This document shows, one piece after another, positions 18,427-27,116 of a DNA stretch of 60,569 nucleotides (its first letter is position 1; each line of letters opens with the position of its first letter). The notes beneath the pieces are model-generated. The model saw only the letters and a program-made list of their open reading frames with translations, searched no databases and had not been told where the DNA came from. Origin of the DNA: Alphaproteobacteria bacterium (GTDB taxonomy: Bacteria > Pseudomonadota > Alphaproteobacteria > Rickettsiales > SXRF01); the NCBI GenBank assembly GCA_009926845.1, contig RFOF01000002.1, forward strand, positions 1 through 60,569, in the 5' to 3' direction. The translations under genes and the position numbers were made by a program.

Positions 18427-19829
18427 GTGTTCGGACCATCGCCGAGCGACTCCAGCCGCTCCTCATAATGGCTTTTGATGCGCATCAGCGCGGGGGCGTG
18501 CGCCTTGCCAGTCGCCTGCAAATCCTCGATTTTTTCAAGCGCCATGCGAGCCGCCGATACACGCGCGAACCAGTCCTCATAGAGAATTTTTCCCTCATAG
18601 GTCAGTGTCAAGCGCCGCAGCAGCCACGGCAGCGAAAGCCCCTGCACCACCAGCGTGAACACAATCACCGACAGCGCGAGGAACAAAATCAAATCGCGGT
18701 GCGGAAAGGGCGTGCCATCCCACATGGCAACAGGAAGCGCGAGCGCAGTGGCCAAGGAAACCACCCCGCGCATCCCCACATAGCCAATGAGAAATGTATT
18801 CTGCCAGGGCGGATAGGGATCGTTTTTGCGGATGGCGGGGAACAAAAAGCGGGTGCCATAGCCAACGGCAAACACATAGACAAAGCGCACCAGCACCACC
18901 GCGCCGCAAATAATCGCCGCATCTTCTGCCAGCGCGCTTGGTGAATAGATGGATACACGCTCGAGCAGCGAGGGGATCTGCATACCAATCAAGATAAATA
19001 CAAACGCGCTGAGCACGAACGAAAGCATATGCCACACGGCCTCGGCAGGAATACGGAATTTGGCGGTAAAGGTCGTCGGCGAATGCCAGCTGACATAGAG
19101 CCCCGTTGCCACCACAGCGAGCACACCCGAACCATGCACATGCTCGGCCAGAAAATACGACAAATACGGAATCATGATCGAGCTTAAAATCTCAATCGGG
19201 ATTTCTTTGATGTGGCGGAAAAAACGAATAAATAAATAGCCAACGGCAAGGCCAACGCCAACGCCAATCACCGCCATCATGACAAATTGAGTGCTGGCTT
19301 GCGGAAATGAAAAATAGCCCGTGAGCACTGCGGCCACTGCGAATTTATACATCACAAGCCCCATCGCATCATTGACCAAACTCTCACCTTCTAAAATGGT
19401 GGTGATACGTTTGGGGATGCGCATTTTTTTGATAACCGAAGTTGCCGCCACCACATCTGGCGGAGAAATAATCGCGCCGAGCACAAAGCCCATCGCCCAT
19501 GTGGCTTCAGGAACGATATGCACAAAAACAGCGGCGATAATAACTGCCGTGATAAACACAAGACCAATAGCAAGCTTCAAAATGGGGCGCAGATTATCGC
19601 GGAAGTCACGCAGCGAGGTGAAATAGGCGGCTTCCATCAGCAGTGGTGGCAAAAATATCATCAGCATGGATTCTGGCGCTAATTCCAGATCGCGAACGCT
19701 GGGCACAAAACCAAGCGCCACGCCGCCGAGCAAAAACGCACTCGAATACGGAATATTGCCGCGCTGCGCAAGTAGCGCCAGCAAGCAGGTCATCAACAAT
19801 AAGAATATGATAATTTCAGCAGTTCCCAT
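18423..19829 (-). CDS. Na+/H+ antiporter (CPA1/NhaP-type)
   Basis: It is polytopic. ...GAIISPPDVVAATSVIKKMRIPKRITTILEGESLVNDAMGLV... is typical of CPA1 exchangers. Confidence 0.85.
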   Translation of the reverse strand: MGTAEIIIFLLLMTCLLALLAQRGNIPYSSAFLLGGVALGFVPSVRDLELAPESMLMIFLPPLLMEAAYFTSLRDFRDNLRPILKLAIGLVFITAVIIAAVFVHIVPEATWAMGFVLGAIISPPDVVAATSVIKKMRIPKRITTILEGESLVNDAMGLVMYKFAVAAVLTGYFSFPQASTQFVMMAVIGVGVGLAVGYLFIRFFRHIKEIPIEILSSIMIPYLSYFLAEHVHGSGVLAVVATGLYVSWHSPTTFTAKFRIPAEAVWHMLSFVLSAFVFILIGMQIPSLLERVSIYSPSALAEDAAIICGAVVLVRFVYVFAVGYGTRFLFPAIRKNDPYPPWQNTFLIGYVGMRGVVSLATALALPVAMWDGTPFPHRDLILFLALSVIVFTLVVQGLSLPWLLRRLTLTYEGKILYEDWFARVSAARMALEKIEDLQATGKAHAPALMRIKSHYEERLESLGDGPNT

Positions 19830-19956
19830 GCGCGGATTATGCCACGGGTTGGTTAAAAATGCATTAGCCGTAATGCCATGATTTCACTTCATTTTAGGCT
19901 TGCCAAAAACCTCTAAAAACTATTAATATATAGGACTTTCAACTGCCGAGCCCAAA

Positions 19957-20568
19957 ATGACCGAAGCACCTCGAGACCTCATAGAAGAATATAAAGCACT
20001 GCTTGAACAACTTTCAGCATTAAGAGAGCAGGCACAACTTACAGGAGTCGCTCTTCCCCGTGAGCAACCTCCAGAATCGTTCGAGAAATTTCTCGAAACC
20101 TATACCATTGCAGTACAAACAAAGGGCAAGCCCATACGAGTTGCTTTCCCTCAATATAAGGAAGCGATGGACAGTGCCCTCAAAACAATCGAAGAGAGAT
20201 TTAAACTGACATATACACCAGAGATACAATCTCATGCTCAAGGAACCAATACAAATCCCATAGTATATAAAGATCAATATAGCATCACTGAACATAAGGA
20301 TGATGGCTCTAAAAGGCGAATCCCTGTCAGAGAGCGTTCAAATACGGTAGATTTAGAGTTTTATAATGACAAAGCAAAAGTAGAAGAGGTTCTAAAGCGC
20401 GAAGTGGCGGAAGCAACAAAACCTCTGAGAGAGGCCATGGAAAACCATCGCAAGGCCGCACAAAGAATCTACGATTATATGGTTGAAAATAGCACGCCTG
20501 CAACACTGATAACTGACCCAAGAAGTATCACGTTAGCAGGCCACACTGTCGTCGCCGCCGCTAAATAG
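19957..20568 (+). CDS. Hypothetical 203-aa protein
   Basis: Clean ORF, AT-richer, no recognised motif. It converges on the pirin gene with an 8-nt overlap. Confidence 0.5.
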   Translation: MTEAPRDLIEEYKALLEQLSALREQAQLTGVALPREQPPESFEKFLETYTIAVQTKGKPIRVAFPQYKEAMDSALKTIEERFKLTYTPEIQSHAQGTNTNPIVYKDQYSITEHKDDGSKRRIPVRERSNTVDLEFYNDKAKVEEVLKREVAEATKPLREAMENHRKAAQRIYDYMVENSTPATLITDPRSITLAGHTVVAAAK

Positions 20569-21259
20569 CCAAATCAAACAACAAAATTTTGCTTTCGCTT
20601 TTTGCCGCAAAGGTGATTTTTTGCTCGGCGGAAATGGCCGCGCCATCGCCCGCGCTCATGCTCTGACCATTTATCTCCACCTGCCCCGTCGCCACATGCA
20701 CCCACGCGCCGCGACCCGCCGCCAGCGTTTGTTCCAGCGTGGTGCCTGCGCTCATATCAGCGACATACATTTTGGCATCCTGATAGAGCGATATCACTCC
20801 CTCCTCACCCGCGCCAGAGGCCACAAGACAGAGATTATTTTTCGTGCGATCATCAAAAGAGATCTGCTGATATTCGGGTTTCACCCCCTCAACACTCGGC
20901 ATAATCCATATCTGCAAAAGCTGGCAGGGGTGGTTCGGCGACGCGTTGAACTCGCTGTGCAAAATACCCTTGCCTGCACTCATTTTCTGAACATCCCCCG
21001 GGAAAATGACCGAGCCGGTGCCGAGCGAATCCTTATGCTCCAGCGCGCCGGAGAGCACCACGGTGATGATCTCCATATCGCGGTGGCCATGCGTGTCAAA
21101 GCCTTGGTCAGGCGCGATGATATCGTCGTTGATAACGCGCAGCGGCCCAAAACCCATGTGTGCATGGTCACGATGATGCCCAAACGAAAACGTATGCCAG
21201 CTATCGAGCCAATCTATTTTGGTGTGGAATCTATCGGTGGCTTTGCGAAGTGTAAGCAT
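20561..21259 (-). CDS. Pirin-family protein (cupin)
   Basis: MLTLRKATDRFHTKIDWLDSWHTFSFGHHRDHAHMGFGPLRVINDDIIAPDQGFDTHGHRDMEIITVVLSGALEHKDSLG matches pirin. Confidence 0.9.
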   Translation of the reverse strand: MLTLRKATDRFHTKIDWLDSWHTFSFGHHRDHAHMGFGPLRVINDDIIAPDQGFDTHGHRDMEIITVVLSGALEHKDSLGTGSVIFPGDVQKMSAGKGILHSEFNASPNHPCQLLQIWIMPSVEGVKPEYQQISFDDRTKNNLCLVASGAGEEGVISLYQDAKMYVADMSAGTTLEQTLAAGRGAWVHVATGQVEINGQSMSAGDGAAISAEQKITFAAKSESKILLFDLAI

Positions 21260-21332
21260 ATTGTGATTGCGTCCTTATGTATTTTTCTTGTAGTGCTAGC
21301 GCATCAACATCCTCACGTCAAACACCCGCATC

Positions 21333-22538
21333 ATGACTCGCCCCGCACTTTCTGAATCCCGCCTTATTTTGCTCATGGGTGTCATCATTTTTACCAACAT
21401 CCTCGACTTTATGATGGTGATGCCGCTTGGGCCTGATTTTGCGCGCGCGCTGGGCATTCCCGCCGAGCGCATCGGCATCATCGCCGGTAGCTACACGCTG
21501 GAAGCCGCAGTCACTGGGCTTGTCGCTTCGCTGTTCCTCGATCGCTTCAACCGCAAAAAAGCCCTGCTTTTTTCCCTGTTTGGACTTGCCATCGCCACGC
21601 TACTTGGCGCGCTCGCATGGAACACAGAAAGCCTGCTGGCCACGCGCTTACTGGCGGGCGCATTTGGCGGCCCACTTTCTTCGCTTTGCAACTCGATGAT
21701 TGCCGATCATATCCCGCATGAACGCCGGGGAGCGGCCATCGGAAAAACCGCTGGTGGCTTTGCAGCAGCAGCCGTTCTTGGCGTTCCTTTTGGCTTAAAT
21801 CTTGCGCTGCATTTTGGCTGGCGAGCGCCATTTCTAGCCGTGGGCGCCTTCATGCTCATCATCTTCCTCATCGGTGCGCGCTATCTGCCCACGCACGGCA
21901 ACATTCCCCAACATGACAGCACAAAACACCGCGCACTGCTGATTTTGCATTGCTTCCGAAACCGTATTTCACTGTCTGCATTTGGCTATACGGCGTTAGC
22001 CACCATGACCAGCATGATGATCGTTCCCAACATTTCGGCGCATGTGCAAATGAACCTGAACTACCCCCGCGCCGACCTTGATTTGCTCTATTTTTTCGGC
22101 GGCATCGTCAGCTTTTTTGGTATGCGTTTGGTAGGCAAAATTGTCGATAAAACCAGCGCATTTTTTGCCAGCATCCTCAGCAGCGCGATCTTCATCATCG
22201 CTGTGTTTTTAGGTTTCATCTGGTTCGGGCATGGCGTGCCGTTCGTCCTCATCATGGTGGGTTTCATGAGCGCATCTTCCGCGCGCAACGTCTGCGGCAA
22301 TGCCCTATCCTCCAAGATTCCCCGCCCCAGCGAGCGTGGCAGCTTCATGTCACTGATTTCGGTGATGATGCATGTAGGAACGACCGCCGGCGCATTCATC
22401 TCCGCGCAAATGCTGACGCACACAGACGACAACAAACTCCACGGCATCGAAAATGTCGGGATACTCTCCGTCGGCCTGTCACTGCTGGTGCCGGTACTTT
22501 TTTATATCACCGAGAAGCATTTGAAAAAAGCGAGCTGA
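21333..22538 (+). CDS. MFS transporter
   Basis: 401 aa with about 12 hydrophobic segments. The DRFNRKK loop after TM2 is MFS-like. Confidence 0.85.
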   Translation: MTRPALSESRLILLMGVIIFTNILDFMMVMPLGPDFARALGIPAERIGIIAGSYTLEAAVTGLVASLFLDRFNRKKALLFSLFGLAIATLLGALAWNTESLLATRLLAGAFGGPLSSLCNSMIADHIPHERRGAAIGKTAGGFAAAAVLGVPFGLNLALHFGWRAPFLAVGAFMLIIFLIGARYLPTHGNIPQHDSTKHRALLILHCFRNRISLSAFGYTALATMTSMMIVPNISAHVQMNLNYPRADLDLLYFFGGIVSFFGMRLVGKIVDKTSAFFASILSSAIFIIAVFLGFIWFGHGVPFVLIMVGFMSASSARNVCGNALSSKIPRPSERGSFMSLISVMMHVGTTAGAFISAQMLTHTDDNKLHGIENVGILSVGLSLLVPVLFYITEKHLKKAS

Positions 22539-22544
22539 AACTTT

Positions 22545-23384
22545 TTATTTCAGCAATTCCAGCATCGAAGGCGCAAGACGATTCGTCTGCGCGGCAAGGG
22601 CAATGCCAGCATTATTTTGCAGGTTGGCGAGCGAGAAGCCCGTCGCACCGGCTGCAAAATCCGCATCATTCAGGTAGGCGCGCGCGGCGTCCTGATTGAA
22701 CAGAGCGGAATCCACATTCGCGCCCGCATATTCCACCGCTTGCGCAAAATCACCCACAGAGGCCTGCGCTGTGCCCACTTTCGCGGTTGCGCCAGCGATA
22801 GCCGAAAGGGCCGAGCCTGCGCCCGCCGCCGTTGAAATATCCAGTGGAGTGTTGCCGAGCAGGGTTTTGCTGCTCAGGCTGTCGAGCGAAAGACCTTCCG
22901 TATTGTCGCTGCCGCTCCCGCCGAAAAGGCTGGAAAATGAGATAGCATTTTCGCCCGTCAGGCTGCCATCGAGCAGATTTTTTCCACCAAACGTGGTCTG
23001 CGCGACCACCTGATCGATACTCTCGACCAGACCTTGGAATTGTTCATTGAGCGCGGCGCGGTTCTCATCGTTCAGTTCGCCAGAGCTTGCTTGCTGCGCG
23101 AGCGACTGCAGTTTGGTGAGTACGTCGCCAATTTGCGAAATGCCGCCGGAAGCCACTTCTGCAAGGCTTCCCGCCTGCGCCAGATTCACGGACACTTGTT
23201 TGATGTTGCTGACTTGCGATTGCAGCTGCGTGGCCAGTGAAAGCGCCGCCACATCGTCGCTCGCAGCGTTTTGCGCGCTGCCGCTTACGAGTTGCGCAAT
23301 CGCCGCGAACAAGCGCTTATTCGCTTGTGCTGCATTGGTTTGCGTTGAATTCGCAATACTCGAAAGTGAGCTTATGATACTCAT
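22545..23384 (-). CDS. Flagellin (short alphaproteobacterial type)
   Basis: The N-terminal ...NKRLFAAIAQLVSGSAQNAASDDVAALSLATQLQSQ... and the C-terminal ...ANLQNNAGIALAAQTNRLAPSMLELLK match the flagellin D0/D1 helices. Confidence 0.85.
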   Translation of the reverse strand: MSIISSLSSIANSTQTNAAQANKRLFAAIAQLVSGSAQNAASDDVAALSLATQLQSQVSNIKQVSVNLAQAGSLAEVASGGISQIGDVLTKLQSLAQQASSGELNDENRAALNEQFQGLVESIDQVVAQTTFGGKNLLDGSLTGENAISFSSLFGGSGSDNTEGLSLDSLSSKTLLGNTPLDISTAAGAGSALSAIAGATAKVGTAQASVGDFAQAVEYAGANVDSALFNQDAARAYLNDADFAAGATGFSLANLQNNAGIALAAQTNRLAPSMLELLK

Positions 23385-23495
23385 GCCATCCTCCTGATTA
23401 TACTACGAGCACTACCTGACCCGCGATACCAAAGGTTTTTTAAATTCTTTTATACCTTGAGATAAGCATACATGATTTCGTCAAGAAATCAAGTC

Positions 23496-24410
23496 CTAAT
23501 TAATATCAAGCAAATTGCGAGCAAAATCAGAGGGTTCGAAGGTGGAAAGGTCAGCAATTCCCTCGCCCACGCCGATGGCGTGGATGGGTAAATGGCATTG
23601 TTTGGCGAGCGCAACGACCACGCCGCCCTTGGCGGTTCCGTCCAATTTTGTTACAATCAGGCCGTTGATGGCGACCATTTCCTTAAAGGTCTGCACCTGC
23701 GAAAGCGCGTTGCCACCCGTCGTCGCATCCAGCACTAATATAATACGATGCGGCGCAGACTCGTCGATTTTCTTTAGCACCTTGGTGATTTTGACCAACT
23801 CGTCCATCAGGTTGGATTTATTTTGCAAGCGCCCCGCAGTATCGATGAGCAGCACATCAGCGCCACTTGCCCGCGCCTGTTCATACGCGCGAAACGCCAC
23901 ACTCGCTGGGTCTGATTCATGCGCGCCGCTGACCACAGGAATGCCCGAGCGCTGCCCCCACACCATGAGCTGCTCCACCGCCGCCGCGCGAAACGTGTCC
24001 GCTGCCGCGAGCATCACCGACAGCCCCTGCCCCTTAAATTGGCTTGCGAGTTTGCCAATCGTCGTCGTTTTGCCGTTGCCGTTGACGCCGACCATGACGA
24101 TAACTTCCGGTTTTTTCGCGCGGTCAATTTCAATCGGCACGGCGTAGGGCGCAAGCGTTGCGGCAATTTCACCCGCCAAAAATTCATGCACTTCCTGCGC
24201 AGATATGTCTTTTTCAAATTTCTGTTTGGCTAGTTTCGCACATAGCTCACCTGCCATCTTCACGCCGAGGTCAGCCTCGATGAGCAACTCCTCCAGCGAT
24301 TCGATAGAATCATCATCGAGCTTTTTCTTGGTAAATATATCCGTGATGCCACCGCCGAGCTTGCCCGAGGTTTTGGAAAGACCGGATTTCAGTTTGGCGA
24401 AAAAGCTCAT
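23496..24410 (-). CDS. ftsY: Signal recognition particle receptor FtsY
   Basis: VGVNGNGKTTTIGKLA, AADTFRAAAVEQL, LIDTAGRL, VTKLDGTAKGG. Confidence 0.95.
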   Translation of the reverse strand: MSFFAKLKSGLSKTSGKLGGGITDIFTKKKLDDDSIESLEELLIEADLGVKMAGELCAKLAKQKFEKDISAQEVHEFLAGEIAATLAPYAVPIEIDRAKKPEVIVMVGVNGNGKTTTIGKLASQFKGQGLSVMLAAADTFRAAAVEQLMVWGQRSGIPVVSGAHESDPASVAFRAYEQARASGADVLLIDTAGRLQNKSNLMDELVKITKVLKKIDESAPHRIILVLDATTGGNALSQVQTFKEMVAINGLIVTKLDGTAKGGVVVALAKQCHLPIHAIGVGEGIADLSTFEPSDFARNLLDIN

Positions 24411-25843
24411 AAAATTGGGGTGATAAGGTTGTGAGGTGATGGGGGTGTAAGATTAGAATGAGAAATCACTTCTCCCATTACCCTATCACCTAATGACCTT
24501 ACAACCTTAATCTGCACAATGCTCCCCACTTCGCAGTCCACATCCAGCTCTACCATCGCAAAGCCCGGTGTGCGCGCGGTGCGGGCCTTTTCCACCAGCA
24601 CATCCACATTTTTGCCCACTTGTTTTTTGAGATACTCCGCCAATTGCGCCTCGCCCGCCGCGCGAAGTCTTGCCGCGCGTTCCTTGCGGATGTCTTTGGC
24701 CACCTGCGGCATTTTGGCGGCGGGCGTCCCCACCCGCGCAGAATACGGGAACACATGGAGATAGGTCAGCCCCGCCTCATCCACAATGTTGAGTGTGTTT
24801 TGGAACATCTCTTCGGTCTCCGTCGGAAAGCCGGTGATGATGTCCGCGCCAAACACCACGTCCGGGCGCATTTGGCGCACCTTCGCGCAAAAATCAATCG
24901 CGTCTTGGCGTAGATGGCGGCGCTTCATGCGCTTTAAAATCATGTCATCGCCCGCCTGCAAACTCACATGCAGATGCGGCATCAGGCGCGGCTCATCTGC
25001 AATCAATTTATATAAATCATCATCCACCTCCACCGCATCGATCGACGATAAACGCAGACGTTTCAAATCCGGCACCAGCGCCAGCAAACGGCGCATCATC
25101 TGCCCCAGCGTCGGCGCGCCCGGCAGGTCTTTGCCATAATCACTTATGTCCACGCCCGTCAGCACCACCTCATTAAAGCCCTGCTCCACGAGCGCCCGCA
25201 CCTGCGCCACCACATCGCCCATAGCGACACTGCGCGAATTGCCGCGACCAAACGGAATGATGCAAAACGTGCAGCGATGGTCGCAACCATTTTGCACCTG
25301 CACGAAAGCACGCGCCCGGCCATCAAAAGATGTCACCATGTGCGAGGCGGTTTCCTTCACCGACATGATGTCGTTGACGATAATTTTTTCGTCATTCCCT
25401 ATGAATGTCATGTCGAGCGCAGTCGAGACATCTAGATCCCTCGGCTTCGCTCGGGATGACAATGACGCATACACCTCCGCCTTCACCTTCTCTTCGTTGC
25501 CGATAACGCTATCAACCTCCGGCATGTTAGCATATTGCTGCGGATTGATTTGCGCTCCACACCCCGTGACAATAATTTTTGCATCGGGGTTTTCTTTGCG
25601 CGCGCGGCGCACAGCTTGGCGCACCTGCCGCTCGGCCTCAGCGGTGACCGCGCAGCTGTTGAAGATGATGGCGCCGGTCAGTCCCGCTTCCTCGGCCTTT
25701 TGCTTCATCACCTCGCCCTCATACGAATTCAGGCGGCAACCAAAGTTTACAACTTGTACAGGGGTCGGGATTCGGGATTCGGGATTCAGGGAAGAATCCT
25801 GGCTGCCTGAATCCTGAATCCTGAATCCTGAATCCTTAAACAT
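24407..25843 (-). CDS. mtaB: tRNA methylthiotransferase MtaB (MiaB-like radical SAM), with repeat-derived N-terminal extension and internal insertion; an alternative start lies at 25879
   Basis: VVNFGCRLNSYE (N-terminal cluster), VQNGCDHRCTFCIIPFGRGNSRS (CxxxCxxC) and a C-terminal TRAM-like region. It lies in the dapF-mtaB-ftsY arrangement. Confidence 0.85.
   Translation of the reverse strand: MFKDSGFRIQDSGSQDSSLNPESRIPTPVQVVNFGCRLNSYEGEVMKQKAEEAGLTGAIIFNSCAVTAEAERQVRQAVRRARKENPDAKIIVTGCGAQINPQQYANMPEVDSVIGNEEKVKAEVYASLSSRAKPRDLDVSTALDMTFIGNDEKIIVNDIMSVKETASHMVTSFDGRARAFVQVQNGCDHRCTFCIIPFGRGNSRSVAMGDVVAQVRALVEQGFNEVVLTGVDISDYGKDLPGAPTLGQMMRRLLALVPDLKRLRLSSIDAVEVDDDLYKLIADEPRLMPHLHVSLQAGDDMILKRMKRRHLRQDAIDFCAKVRQMRPDVVFGADIITGFPTETEEMFQNTLNIVDEAGLTYLHVFPYSARVGTPAAKMPQVAKDIRKERAARLRAAGEAQLAEYLKKQVGKNVDVLVEKARTARTPGFAMVELDVDCEVGSIVQIKVVRSLGDRVMGEVISHSNLTPPSPHNLITPIL
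25391..25460. repeat. GTCAT-hairpin-ATCC type modules inserted in frame inside mtaB
   Basis: gtcattccc...gtcatgtcgagcgcagtcgagacatc...agatccctcggcttcgctcgggatgac is translated on the minus strand as ...SSRAKPRDLDVSTALDMTFIGNDE... Confidence 0.65.
25766..25835. repeat. Heptamer tandem repeats forming a long imperfect palindrome (CGGGATT x3 ... CCTGAAT x4)
   Basis: cgggattcgggattcgggattcagggaagaatcctggctgcctgaatcctgaatcctgaatcctgaatcc. It lies directly 3' of the dapF stop and inside the only possible mtaB 5' coding region. Confidence 0.85.
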
Positions 25844-26735
25844 CAACCGTTCCCTTAAATTCTTCTTCGATGCGGCCACCGAGAAGGATGTGACCGTTAG
25901 GTTCGACTTGCGTGGTCACTACGGTGCCGAATGGTTCGAACCAGATGTGCGCGCGGGTGATGCTCGAATCGCGTTCATGCGCTGCGGCCATCATGGCGCA
26001 AGCCGCTGTGCCGCAGGCCTGCGTGAGCCCCGCCCCGCGCTCCCACACGCGGGCGTTGATGATGTAGCCAAGCCCGTCGCTGGCCGCACGCAGCAGCGCG
26101 ATGCTGACATTGACGCCTTCGGGGAAAATCTCGCGGTTTTTTTCGAGCAGTGGGCCAATTTTTTCAAACTCAAGATTAAACAATGGCGACTCGTCGCGCG
26201 CGGTCGTATCCCCCGGATTAAAGCGCAAAAAGAACACGACATGCGGGTTGCCCATGCTGACAAATTGTGGATGCTTCAGACCCGTGAGCGCTTCGATTTT
26301 TTCTGCCGCTTCCGCCACTGAAACTGCCAGCGGAATTTGCTCGGCTTTAAAATGCGCTTCGCCCATATTCACCAGAATATATTCGTGGCCTTCTTCGGTG
26401 TAGGCCTTTTCCACACCATGCAACAACCCAGCATTGGTGCGGATGGAAACCGGCAGGCGTTGCAGCTCGAATTCCATGATGCCCGCCACGCAGCGCGTCG
26501 CATTGCCGCAGGCATTCACCTGCCCGCCATCAGCGTTATAGATGCGCATGAACACGTCGGCGTGGTCATCATTTTCCAGCACGATGACCTGATCGCAGCC
26601 ACCGGTCACCTCATTATCGCGCGATGCGATGGCGCGGATTTCCTGCGGCACCAGCGAGAAGCCATTGCCCGCACGGCCATCGAAAATGACAAAGTCATTC
26701 CCCGAACCGTTCATTTTGACGAAGGGTGTTTTCAT
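25836..26735 (-). CDS. dapF: Diaminopimelate epimerase
   Basis: MKTPFVKMNGSGNDFVIFDGR...NADGGQVNACGNATRC...ERGAGLTQACGTAACA shows both catalytic Cys motifs. Start chosen at the family-typical Met. Confidence 0.92.
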   Translation of the reverse strand: MKTPFVKMNGSGNDFVIFDGRAGNGFSLVPQEIRAIASRDNEVTGGCDQVIVLENDDHADVFMRIYNADGGQVNACGNATRCVAGIMEFELQRLPVSIRTNAGLLHGVEKAYTEEGHEYILVNMGEAHFKAEQIPLAVSVAEAAEKIEALTGLKHPQFVSMGNPHVVFFLRFNPGDTTARDESPLFNLEFEKIGPLLEKNREIFPEGVNVSIALLRAASDGLGYIINARVWERGAGLTQACGTAACAMMAAAHERDSSITRAHIWFEPFGTVVTTQVEPNGHILLGGRIEEEFKGTVDV

Positions 26736-26745
26736 TATTATGCCA

Positions 26746-27111
26746 TTACACGTGAGATGATTGACATGCCATTCCACACATTACTAAAAATGTAAGCAGA
26801 ATAAGCCCGGCACAGAATATAGCAAAATGCATTCCGGCATGCTTCCATTTTCGCAAAAAAAGCTGCCGTAAAAAATTGAAAAATATGAATCCCTCAAAGA
26901 AAAATGTGATTATAAATAGTCCGTATAAGGTTCTACCCAAGAGGTTTTGGATAAAACTGAATCCCATACCAAATGAAAAAAGCACTAATAAAAACAAAAA
27001 AATAGGGCAAGCCACGTAATAAATTAGCTTGCTAGCCGTATCTTTTTTAAAGGTACAAACAAAGAAGCCCCCAAGCGCAACAAGAACAATAATGATGAAG
27101 ACAAAGAGCAT
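26746..27111 (-). CDS. Hypothetical small membrane protein (about 4 TM)
   Basis: Strongly hydrophobic 121-aa ORF, AT-rich, tightly packed between the flavodoxin-like gene and dapF. Confidence 0.45.
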   Translation of the reverse strand: MLFVFIIIVLVALGGFFVCTFKKDTASKLIYYVACPIFLFLLVLFSFGMGFSFIQNLLGRTLYGLFIITFFFEGFIFFNFLRQLFLRKWKHAGMHFAIFCAGLILLTFLVMCGMACQSSHV

Positions 27112-27116
27112 GCGAC

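Noticed and set aside
22531-22552. Hairpin gctgaaa-cttttta-tttcagc between convergent MFS and flagellin genes as a bidirectional terminator
   Set aside because: The stem is only 7 bp and AT-rich, has no flanking U-run on either strand, and overlaps both stop codons. That is too weak to call.
23385-23495. Sigma-28 or sigma-54 flagellar promoter upstream of the flagellin gene
   Set aside because: I tried to fit TAAA-N15-GCCGATAA and TGGCAC-N5-TTGC on the minus strand and found no convincing match.
25766-25835. CRISPR array (also considered for the PT-linker repeats at 13430-13625 and the iterated motifs at 6474-6550)
   Set aside because: The units are 7-15 nt, directly abutting or palindromic, with no unique spacers of 25-40 nt and no cas genes. 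They are coding microsatellites or palindromes.
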